The notes under the pieces: model-generated | The model's input: only the letters and a program-made list of their open reading frames with translations | What the model was told of the DNA's origin: nothing | Databases searched by the model: none | Translations under genes and position numbers: made by a program | Assembly (NCBI RefSeq): GCF_046119375.1 | Contig: NW_027362765.1 | Span: 222,084,001-222,148,000, forward strand | Source of the DNA: Phyllobates terribilis | Taxonomy: Eukaryota | DNA: 64,000 nt | Direction: 5' to 3' | Shown here: piece after piece, positions 38,932-50,258 of the stretch | Layout: every line of letters begins with the position of its first letter | Position numbering within the stretch: position 1 is the first letter of the stretch

Positions 38932-40534
38932 TCTGCTCAAAAAAATAAAGAGAACACTTAAACAACACAATGTAGCTCCAAGTCAATAACACTTCTGTGA
39001 AATCTACCTGTCCAGTTATGAAGCAACACTGATTGTGAATCAATTTCTCCTACTGTTGTGCAAATGGAACAGACAACTGGCAGAAATGATAGGCAATTAG
39101 CAAGATACTCCCTATAAAGGAGTGGTTCTGCAGGTGGTGACCACAGACCATTTCTCTGTTCTCATCCTTTTTGGCTGTTGTTTTGGTCACTTTTTCATTT
39201 TTTCATTGCTCTCACCACTAGCGGTACAGTAGCATGAGGCGGTGTCTACAGTACAACCCACAGAAGATGACCCACTGCCAAACCGGTGATGCTGAAGGAT
39301 GTTGCAGGCAGCAGATCACTCTCCACGGCGTCTCCAGACTCTGTCACGTCTGTCACATGTGCTCAGTGTGAACCTGCTTTCATCTGTGAAGAGCACAGGG
39401 CGCCAGTGGCGACCTTGCCAATCCTGGTGTTCTGTGGCAAATGCCAAGCGTCCTGCACGGTGTTGGGCTGTGAGCACAACCCCCATCTGTGGACGTCGGG
39501 CCCTCATACCACCCTCATGGAGACAGTTTCTAACCATTTGTGCAGACACATGCACATTTGTGGCCTGCTGGAGGTCATTTTGCAGGGCTCTGGCAGTGCT
39601 CCTCCTGTTCCTCCTTGCACAAAGGTGGAGGTAGCGGTCCTGCTGCTGGGTTGTTGCCCTCCTACGGGCCCCCTCCACGTCTCCTGGTGTACTGGCCTGT
39701 CTCCTGGTAGCGCCTCCAGCCTCTGGACACTACGCTGACAGACACAGCAAACCTTCTTGCCACAGTTCACATTGATGTGCCATCCTGGATGAGCTGCACT
39801 ACCTGAGCAACTTCTGTGGGTTGTAGAGTCCGTTTCATGCTACCTTCGTGTGAAAGCACAACCAACATTCAAAAGTGACCAAAACATCAGCCAGAAAGCA
39901 TTGGTACTGAGATTTTGTCTGTGGTCCCCACCTGCAGAACCACTCGTTTGTGCAGACACATGTACATTTGTGGCCTGCTGGAGGTCATTTTGCAGGGCAC
40001 TGGCAGTGCTCCTCCTGTTCCTCCTTGCACAAAGGAGGAGGTAACGGTCCTGCTGCTGGATTGTTGCCCTCCTATGGCTCCCTCCACATCTTCTGGTATC
40101 TGCTCCATGCTCTGGACACTGTGCTGACAGACACAGCTACCCTTCTTGCCACAGCTTGCGCTGATGTGCCATCCTGGATGAACAGCACTACCTGAGCAAC
40201 TTCTGTGGGTTGTACTGTAGACACCGCCTCAAGCTACTGTACCTCTAGGGGTGAGAGCAATAGCAAAATGACTAATTGACCAAAACAACATCCAAAAAGG
40301 ATGTAACAGAGAAATGGTCTATGTTCACCTCCTGCAGAACCACTCCTTTATAGGGGGTATCGTGCTAATTGCCTATCATTTCTACCAGTTGTCTGTTCCA
40401 TTTGCACAACAGCAGGAGAAATTGATTCACAATCAGTGTTGCCTAATAACTGGACAGGTAGATTTCACAGAAGTGTTATTGACTTGGAGTTACATTGTGT
40501 TGTTTAAGTGTTCCCTTTATTTTTTTGAGCAGTG
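38931..40534. mobile_element. Rearranged Tc1 derivative with two 5' ends
   Basis: Both termini carry the 5'-specific subterminal sequence (CTTCTGTGAAATCTACCTGTCCAGTT). Internal N-terminal transposase region is duplicated on the minus strand. Confidence 0.8.
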
Positions 40535-42319
40535 TATAACATTTTAGGTATCAATGCACTTGCAATAGTCACAACTAATAACATAATGTTAAGAACATTT
40601 ATATTTATCACACTCTGTGAATGCCACAGAGAGAAAAAAAATAAAAATACCAGTATCTTTGTGATTTGGTCATCTTGCCTTCAACAAAAAAGGAATTAAA
40701 AGCAAACAAAATATTGCATATACGCCAAGATGGCATCAGAAAAAACTACTGCTCAACCTGCAAAAATACAAACCTCCATACAACTCTATTGACCAAACAA
40801 AAGTAAAAAATTCTGGCCCTCAGAATGTGGTGACAAACCAATTTTTAAAAGATTTTTTTCCTAAATAGAGCAATAAGAAAAAAACTTTATATATTTGGCA
40901 TCACAAGGCTAACAGGTACTATTAACTGCAAATTAAACCAAAAGGGGAGCTTTTTTTTCGATTCCACCCCACAAAGAATTTTTGGCTATGTATAAGGAGA
41001 AAAAAATGTGAATCCTAAAAGGTTGTAGGAAAAAAGACAAAAATGAAAAATAGCTGCGGCAACAAGTGGTTAATACATATATTTTCTTCTAAATATCAGT
41101 TGGTTCATATATTTATAAGGAGCCATGTTAGCCAAAACACAGCAAAATTGTATTCAAACATTCCAGTGGCAAATTTGATTTCACAAATTAAAAATATTAA
41201 CGTTCCTTTTTTCGACATCTGTGAGGCAGTGCCAATAAGGTGCACGTGCTGACTACATCACTGGCATTGATTACTCTTGTGACATGGCATTGGGTCACGT
41301 TTCAGCCACTGCAGGTAGTAATTGTCTGTGCTACAGTCATGCGGGAAGGCTGCTTACAAGGCTTTAAATCACTTATGCCAACAAGCAGAGTATGTAGTTT
41401 TGGTAATTATGAAAGACAAGGGCAGCACACCGGTGACCTGAGCCTTAAATAGTCAAGAATATTTAATGGCTTCATTGCTGCCAATTGCAGCATTTGCTGT
41501 TCTCTGGTGGCAGCATAGTGCTGGTCCAGCGATAATGGAATAATTGATTGCTGGGGATAGACTGAAAGACATAACCGTATATAAGGATATTTCGGAAGAA
41601 GAGCCTTGGCAACCAGTCCATCAAAATATCCCAATGTTTTCATTGCTTGGCGTTACTAGCAGTGAATGAACAGAAAAGCTTGCCAATGTGTAAACTGTTG
41701 CCAGCACTATACAGCCATTGTGAGAAGTGATATCTAATTGATTCTTTTTGCCCCAAAAAAATTCCTGCGCCATTGTGTGGTGGCATGCAGCGATGCAAAA
41801 ATAATTTTTTTTAATAAAGTAGTTTTTATTGTGTAAAAGCACCAAAACATTTAAAAAATTATATAAATGTGGTATCGCTGTAATTGTACTGATACAAAGA
41901 ATAAAGTTGCCTTATCAATTTTACTGCACGCGGAACGGCATAAAAAATAATAAATCCTGAATTGATGGTTTTTATTCATTCTGCCTCCCAAAAATCGGAA
42001 TAGAAAGTGATAAAAAAGTCATGTGCCCGAAAATGGTACCAATAAAAATGTCAAGCTCTCACATGAGTCTGTCAGCCGAAATATGGAAAAATTATAGCTG
42101 TCTAAATATGGGGATGCACAACAAAAAGCATCTTTTAGTGTGTGTCAGCAGCCAAACATGAAAAAAAAAACAATATAAATCTGGTATTGCTGTAATCGCA
42201 CCGACCCGAAGAATAACGTTGTGCAATCACTTGTACTGCACGAGGAACGGCGTAAATAATAAATAAAACCAATTCTTCACCTGCTGTTGATTTGTTCATT
42301 CTGCCTCCCAAAGATCGCA

Positions 42320-43851
42320 GGGGTTTCCTTGTAAATCTCTGAAATACGTGATTCAGACGGAAACCCCGGCGGAAGATTCCCTACAATGAGGCAGATGGAG
42401 GCACTGTGGACGCTGTAGCGTCGGCGTCCCTGCCCTCTGCTAGGCAGGGACGCTGTTCCCCTCACCTCTCTGCTCCGAGCCTGGCGTCCTCCTCCCGCTC
42501 TGCTGGCAGCGCGCGCTCCTTCCCGGCCACTGTGCTTAGGGCGCGCGCGCGCTTCCTCCCTCTTAAAGGGGCCGCGCGCGCCGTCCTAAGGAGTCCCCGG
42601 CCAATGGCCGGAGGACTTTACCATATATAAGGCACCTCCTCCAAAATGGAGGTGCCCGAGCAATGTTGTTGCACTGTTCACTACTCTGCTTCAGCCCTCA
42701 GGTCCCGTTGCCAGATACTTGCCAGATACTTGCCAGATTCCTGCCAGATTCCTGCCAGCCTGATATTCAACTACCTGCCTGCTTGCCTGAGGTCCGACGG
42801 TCTGCCTTACTACTCCTGTCAGTCTGTCTATGGACCAGCTTGCCCGCTCACCTGGGAGCGCACATCTGCTACCTGCCTGCTAGCCTACCTGGAGGCTCTG
42901 CCGTCACGTGCTGTGACCACCCGCCTGTCCAAGTGACTCCTGCCCGCTCACCTGGGAGCGCTCATCTGTTGCCAGTCTGCTAGCCTACCTGGAGGCTCTG
43001 CCGTCACGTGCTGTGACCACCCGCCTGTCCAGTGACTCCTGCCCGCTCACCTGGGAGCGCTCATCTGTTGCCAGTCTGCTAGCCTACCTGGAGGCTCTGC
43101 CGTCACGTGCTGTGACCACCCGCCTGTCCAGAGACTTCTGCCCGCTCACCTGGGAGCGCTCATCTGCCGCCTGTCTGTTGGTCTTCCTGGGAGCTCCGCC
43201 GTCACATGCTGTGACCACCCGTTTATCCAGAGACTCTCGCCTGCTCACCTGGGAGCTCACGTCTACCATCAGCCGCCACAGGTCGTACCAACCCTTTACC
43301 CAGAGACTGCCCCGGTCACTTGCCGTGACCATCTGCCCGTTCACCCAGAGACTGCCCCGGTCACTTGCCGTGACCATCTGCCCGTTCACCCAGAGACTGC
43401 CCCGGTCACTTGCCGTGACCATCTGCCCGTTCACCCAGAGACTGCCCCGGTCACTTGCCGTGACCATCTGCCCGTTCACCCAGAGACTGCCCCGGTCACT
43501 TGCCGTGACCTCCTGCCCGTTCTTCTAGAGACTGTCCCGGTCACCTGCTGTGACTGCCTGCCTGGTCGCCACCCGCTCCCTTACAAGGACCGCCCCCTTG
43601 TATAGTAGCTCAGAGGTTCCGCCTCCCAGACCCGTTACAGACGCCATCTTACCTGTGATCCGGTGGTGTCCATAATTTTAGGTATGCATAAAAGCATGGT
43701 CCGCCACAGTTTTTTGCACTTTTGAAAAGAAGGACAAAGCTGAAAAGAGGCCAGACGGAGTCCAGAGTAACTCTGCTGCCTTATTATAGTGCATGGATCC
43801 CTCAGGGGTTTCATCTGAATCACGTCACTTGGAGGTTTAGATGGAAACCCC
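42320..43851. mobile_element. Small palindromic MITE split by a solo LTR
   Basis: GGGGTTTCC..CGTGATTCAGACGGAAACCCC and GGGGTTTCATCTGAATCACG..GGAAACCCC are inverted copies. Confidence 0.55.
42414..43639 (+). mobile_element. Solo LTR (1226 bp) with internal 11-, ~99- and 45-bp tandem repeats
   Basis: TGTAGCG...CGTTACA with exact 5-bp TSD GACGC. CpG-rich U3, CCAAT ~42601, TATATAA ~42624. Confidence 0.85.
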
Positions 43852-45493
43852 AAAGTAAGTGCTCAGCGTAGAGCACAGGATAAATGTGATCCAAAATGTT
43901 ATGTAAAATGTTCCCAACAAAAGCTTCAACTCAGTCCACAAGAAATGCAAGTCCCCACTCAGGTCTGTCATCTGTTATCAGAAATATAGGGTCCTTCCAC
44001 GCTGCTGGTAGTACAAAGGCTCTGGAAAAGCACTATGGCCCCTTGGCCCTCAAAAGATATCCAGTAAATTCTGTGCTCCCAAATCCAAATGCCACCCTCC
44101 CTTCTGAGCACCACAGTGTGCCTAAACTGCAGTTAGAGTCCACATGTTTGGCATTTCTGTACTGATGAGAGCCCGCCTAATTTACGGGTGCATGTCCCAA
44201 GAAGCATGAGCTGAACATAATGTACTGGGTGTTGCATCGTACTCGGCACTACATTGTACTGGTCACTACAACATACTGGTCACTACAACGTACTGGTCAC
44301 TACAATGGCAGTTTGCAATTTTCACTCAGCAACATCCACTACTGCTTGTTTCTGGAAAACACTTGTAGATAAATTCCCAAAGTGGTATAATTTCCAACAT
44401 GTGTCACTTGAGGGGGTATTCTGCTCTTCTAGCACTTAGGGGCTCTGTATATGGAGTCTGCAAACGATTCTAGGAAAATCTGCGCTCCAGAAGGCAAATT
44501 GCTCTCCATCTCTCCTGAGTCTCGCCGTGTGGCTAAGCAGTACTGTACAGTCACATTTGGGGTATTTTTACATTCAGTAGAAATTATGGGACACATTTTG
44601 GTGCCATTTTTTTACCCATTTTCCAGTGTGAAAATGAAAAATCTGGGGCTAAAACAAAATTTTGGTGGTAAAAAGGTAATTTTTTTTTCTTCACTGCCTT
44701 TTGGTATAAAATGCTGTGACACACCTATGGTGTCAATATGATCATTGCACCCCTAGATGAATTCATTCAAAGGTGTAGCTTGTAAAATGGAGTCTCTTAT
44801 GGGGGTTCTGCTGTTCTGAAACCTCAGGGATGTGCCAGTTTTACATGGCACCCTCAAACTAGACCAGCAAAATCTGAACTCCAATATGGCACTTCTTCCC
44901 TTCTGAGCTTTGCACTGTGCCTCAAAAGTAGTTTTTGACCACAATTGGGGTGTTGGTGTACTCAGGAGAAAGAAATTGCACAACAATTTTTGGGGTCCAT
45001 TTTCTCCTGTTACCCTTGTGAAAATAAAAAATTGGGACTAAAAAACATTTTTGTGAGAAAAATGTGATTTTCTTTTTAATTTTCACGACTCAACGTTATA
45101 AACTTCTGTGAAGCACCTGTGGGTTCAAGGTGCTCACTACATATCTAGATAAGTTCCTTGAGGGGTTTAGTTTCCAAAATGGATTACTTTTTGGGGATGT
45201 CCACTGTTTAGACATATCAGGGGCTTTCCAAATGTGACATGTTGTCCCTTAATCATTCCAGAAAATTTTGCATTCAAAAAGTCAAATGACGGTCCTTCCC
45301 TTCCGAGCCCTGCTGTGCGCCCAAACAGTAGTTTTCTTCCACATATTGGGTATCAGCATACTCAGCAGAAACTGCACAACAAATTTTGGGGTCCAAATTG
45401 AGTCTAAAGTAAAATTTTTGTGAGGAAAAAAGTTAAATGTTCATTTTTTTCTTCCACATTCCATTAATTTCTGTGTAGCACCTGAAGGGTTAA

Positions 45494-46039
45494 AGAAGTT
45501 GTCCACTACTTTATAATACCCCCCCCCCCCCAATGTATCCCCTTCCGGGGCCCCTATGACTTTTTGTAAATACCTTATGTTGCAGATAATGCCTGTGAGC
45601 GGTGCTATTGGTGGCCGTTTACTGCATCACTTGACCCCGCGCTGACATCACGACAAGTGAGGCGTGAGTCAGCGCTGGGGTCCCTACAGTATCTGCTGGG
45701 TTGTGGGCAGGGTTACCCCCGCGTCACACCCGGCATCCACCGCGCGCTTTGCCAATGAATGGGGAGAGGCAGAGCGCGCGGTGGATGCCGAGTGTGACGT
45801 GGGGGGGGGTAACCCCGCCCACAGCCTGGCATCCACTGTGGAACCAGGTAGACAAAGACTTGTCGTGACATCAGCGTATGTCAGAGCAGGCTGCAGCCGG
45901 GGGTCACGTGATGCCTGTGAGCGGCCAGTGATAGTGCCGCTCACAGGCAGTATCTGCAACATAAGGTATTTACAAAAAGTCTTAGGGGCCCCGGGAGATA
46001 CATCGGGGGGGGGGTAATATAAAGTAGTGGACAACCCCT
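45494..46039. mobile_element. T2/Kolobok-type palindromic MITE
   Basis: TTAA|AGAAGTTGTCCACTACTTTA...TAAAGTAGTGGACAACCCCT|TTAA, inverted along nearly its full length. Confidence 0.85.
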
Positions 46040-46569
46040 TTAATAAACTTCTTGAATGTGGTTTTGAGCACCTTGAGGGGTGCAGTTTTTAGAATGGTGT
46101 CACTTTTGCGTATTTTCTGTCATATAGACCCCTCAAAGTCACTTCAAATGTGATGTGGTCCCTAAAAAAAAATGGTTTTGTAAATTTTGTTGTAAAAATG
46201 AGAAATGGCTGGACAACTTTTAACCCTTCTAACTTCCTAAAGAAAAATATTATATTTTTCAAAAATTGTGCTGATGTAAAGTAGTAATGTGGGAAATGTT
46301 ATTTATTACGGTAATTATTTTGTGTAACATATCTCTCTGATTTAAGGGCATAAAAATTAAAAGTTTGAAAATTGCTAAATTTTTGCCAAATTTGAAATTT
46401 TTTTCACAAATAAAAGCAGTCATATTACCTCATAAAGTGACACTGATCAGAATTTAAAAAATTGGCCTCGTCAGGAAAGTGAAAACAGGCTTTAGGGCGG
46501 GGGGAAGGGTTCAAGAACATTTTTCTATGGATATATGTATTTAAACTAAGTACCTCATCGAGTTGGTGC

Positions 46570-46800
46570 TGCACCTCTTATTCTGGAGCAGTTTTTCATT
46601 TTTTTGTGCCCCTCCATTCCAAAGTTATGCCCCCATTAATAAAGGTGCAAATTCCCAACATAGCTGCTCTCAGAGAAAAGTTCTGTGGTAAATGCCCAGA
46701 TGGTTGAAGGCAAAATTTGCAGCTTTATTATTGGGGCATAACTTTGGAATTGAGAGGCACAGAAGAAAAAGAAAAACTATTCCAGAATAAGTGGAGCAAT
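46570..46800. repeat. Diverged palindromic MITE relic
   Basis: TTATTCTGGA..CCAAAGTTATGCCCC is inverted at GGGGCATAACTTTGG..TCCAGAATAA. Confidence 0.55.
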
Positions 46801-49800
46801 ATGGAAGTTTAATTCCAGTTGGAATTAAAAAAATCCAGACTAAGGTCCTCTATAAGGAAACATGTAATTCAAGGAAAGTTCCTCTTGCCCTACTTGGTGC
46901 CTTTTACAAGGTTATGGAATTACCATTATTAGCATCTCTAACAAAATTTTCCTGTTCTGTGTGAATAGAACAGGTTCAGAGTCCTAGACGCTTTATCAGA
47001 GTGAGCAGTCAGATCTAAGGGACAGGGGCAGACTTGGTAGATACTGGACAGAAGGAATGTCTGGAATCTGAGGGGGAGAGGTCAGGAGGAGGAGAACTGT
47101 GTCTCACTGATGTTTACAATAGATTACACTGTGAACTCTTTCTACATAATAATATATTCCCATAGTCAAGAGCTGGGATTTACAGATTGCCTTGCAAATT
47201 ATAGCCTATTACATTTTTTTTTCCAATCTATGAAAGCAAGCTCTGCCAAGTGTGTGTACCACTATGTGTGCACGTCTAGTTTTAGAAAAACTTTTTGAGT
47301 GAGGGTGAATTCCCACAATGCAGATTTTATTCCAGAAATGTATGTAACTGAAAAACAATTCAGTTAGTCTGGATAGGGTTTGTTTCAGATGAACTGGACG
47401 GGTGCCGAACTATCTGCAACAAAATCCACAGCAAATCTGCAAAGTGTAACCCCCCCCACTGATCATTGCAATCCACAGCAAATCCGCAGTGTGAACCCCC
47501 CACTGATTGTGGCAGAAAAGGTCAGCTGATCACTATGCCCCCTAGGGTGCTTTCACACTGCATTTTGGCACCCGTTCGTTGGTCCCATCGGGCTTACATA
47601 AGAACCCCTTGCAAAACGGCATTCAAGCATATGTGCCGCCTGGGATATAGACTGTAATTTGTGGCGCCCCTGAGGGTTCAGTCGCCACAGGGATACTGCA
47701 CCTCAGATAGAGGTGTGGTATCTCCTCTTCCAGGTAAGGATGGAGCATCTCACAGGACCCCACTTCACCATTCAACACTACACTACTCCTGTCCTGAAGG
47801 GGGCCTAAAGGCACTAGGGTGCTGCCCCACCCGGGATAGAGGAGATAGGGGGAACCAAAGATTGTGGGAACCATGTAGTGGGTGAGGGTGGAGGACACAC
47901 TTTTAGGAAACACTTATTCATTCATATTTAATCTACGGCCATCTTAGGTTCAAGGTCTTTGATTGAGGGTCTTCTGTCAGGGTCCAGCAAGAGGCTGTAG
48001 CTGGCGGAAGGTTTGCGGTCCTCGTACTCTGGCCTTGAGACGAGGAGTGGGTCAGAGTTAACCACTGTCTCTACCCGGTCAAGGTCCTGACCTAAGAAGG
48101 CCTTGGAGGGGAGCGGAGGAGATAGGCTCCACAGGCAAAAGGATCCCAGGGGGATACGGACGGAGCGGAGTCGCCACCTGTATTCTTTACTCTGGCCTAG
48201 CCAGAGGGATTCCTGCTGCAAGAGGGGTAATCAGCCCCCGATATCTGACTTTGTTACTTCACGTCTCAGTCAGAAAAGCCCGGAGGCTTAGTGGATCCCA
48301 GGGGGATACGGACGGAGCGGCCTACGCCACCTGTATCTCTTAAACTGCGTTTATCCAGTGGGACCCAGCCTTACACCACGTTCATACCACACGCAGTCAG
48401 GAGAAGACTTAGTGGGAGAACTTACCAAGGAGAGGAATACACACCAGAGGGGTCTCGACAGGTGCTCCTGATCTACCTGGGAAGTGCTGAACCCCCTTCC
48501 CGGTGGCCGCAGTACGCTGTGTGTAGCAGAGGGAAACTTTGCGGCTGAAAGTTCATCTGAAGTGAGTAAAGACCCAGATGACTTCATACACATCCTCAGC
48601 TCGTTATTTCCTGCGCGGCACTGCACCCACCATTCCTTCTCACACTGCCCTGAGGCCTGCTCCGCCTGTGGGGAGCCGTCCCATCTTAGCTGCCCCTAAC
48701 ACCAGCCTCAGTGGACTGTAGCAGCGCAGGAGTCTGACGCACCCCCTGGGCCTGTGCTGCTGCTGCTGTGCAGGGGGAATACCCGGAGCCGGATCACTGG
48801 GGGTTGTAGTTCTCCGTGGCGGTGACCCGGTCCGTGCCCAGGGTGGTCAAACCAGTGGCAGTCTAAATGTTGTAATAAGTGTCCGACTACGCCACCCGTG
48901 GATTGCGGTCAGTGGGGACCGCCGCTGCGCTGCCGACCGCTGAGGCTGATGTTGGTTGCGCAGCCGAGTATGGGATAACTCCCCACGGGAGAAGTATTGC
49001 CTCAGGGCAGCTAAGGTGGAAGATGATGGGAGTAATGGTGTGAGCGTCCCAGCACTAATGGTGCTGGTGCGGCAAGGAATCACAGAGACGTGTGGTGCAG
49101 TTCAGGGTCTTTACTGATGGTACAAGGCAGACCCTCCCGGGAGTACTGGCTAGTATAAGGGGCCTGGTCAGTCTGCGAGCAAGCAGGAGTTCCCCTGGCC
49201 AGGTGGAGTTGTAGGCCTCCCCGTTTATCTGCACTCTTCCTGGCTACCTTGCTGTCAGCGGTTACAAGTAGCCCACGTCCCTGAGTATACCGTGTGGTGC
49301 TCACCCGTATGGCTGGTGACTTGGGGCCTTCTGTTAGCCTCCGCTCCTGGATGGCGGCGCTGGTCCCTTCTCTGTGACTGAGCCTTCGGGCTTCTATGGC
49401 CAGAGGACCTGGAATCCCCTGCCGGCTGGTTTCTGCTGCTGGGTGAATATTAGTCCCCACAGCCTCGGACTCCTGTGTCCGGCTTTAGTATCTTCGTCCA
49501 GGGCGAACTCTGCTCAGCTCCAGCCCCTGGACTTCTGCTACTGCTCCTCCAGAGCTCCTGATCTTACTTTCCCTCTCCAGACTCTGACTCTGTCTGCAGC
49601 TTCACTCTGACTCTGTCTGCTCTAATCCCGCCCCAGACCCAGTTTAAAAGGGCAGATTCCTCCCCTCCCAGGTCTGGGTGGACCGTGTTGCATGCTTAGG
49701 GATCCTGACCAGAGAAACCTCCCACTTGCTCTCAGACATAATATCTCTATTACTGTGGCAACCAGACCCCTGGGGTGTCACATTCCCCCCTAGTAAATTT

Positions 49801-50258
49801 TAGTACTCCGGGACTAAACACATTTTCTTTTTTTAAAGAAACATAAATACAAGGTATAACAATAACAAGACAACATATTTACAAGAAGCTTTAGTCTGTA
49901 GAGGTCACGGCGTTTCCGTGACCGGGTGTCCATATCACCCAACAAGGCGAAGTCTTGGCACAGAATAGGGGACCTGTCCAAAGCAAACCCCTTGCGTTGT
50001 CCTTGGGCGTGGCTGCAAGGGTAGACTAACTACTTTGGGCCGCAAGGAGGCCACGCCAGACAGGTTTTCTCTTCTGCGGCCGTCTTCGCAAGAGGCACCA
50101 AGGTGCAACTATCTACAAAACTGTTCCGGTTATCCAGTGTCCATAACCTGTTAGTCCAAATAAATCTGCAGGGTAACTGAGAAACATAATTAGTAACAGG
50201 CAACAAACATAAACCATAAACATTTTTCAATAAACAGTCAACTTTACAATGCACTGGT

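Larger units (their letters stand above)
41740..46512. mobile_element. Large AT-rich non-autonomous repeat (piggyBac-like?) with nested inserts; boundaries uncertain
   Basis: 41780-42320 is homologous to 62280-62790. 44740-45010, 45100-45410 and 63190-63520 are related subrepeats. Possible right end GAAGGGTTCAA at ~46512. Confidence 0.4.

Noticed and set aside
43300-43560. CRISPR-like appearance of palindromic 45-bp repeats
   Set aside because: The units are contiguous with no unique spacers, there are no cas genes, and the context is a eukaryotic LTR.
48322-48334. CTACGCCACCTGT in LTR C, complementary (12/13) to its internal PBS-like motif
   Set aside because: No convincing equivalent in the other two LTRs, and it can be explained by a local ATACGG..CTGTAT hairpin. 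Worth rechecking with more copies.
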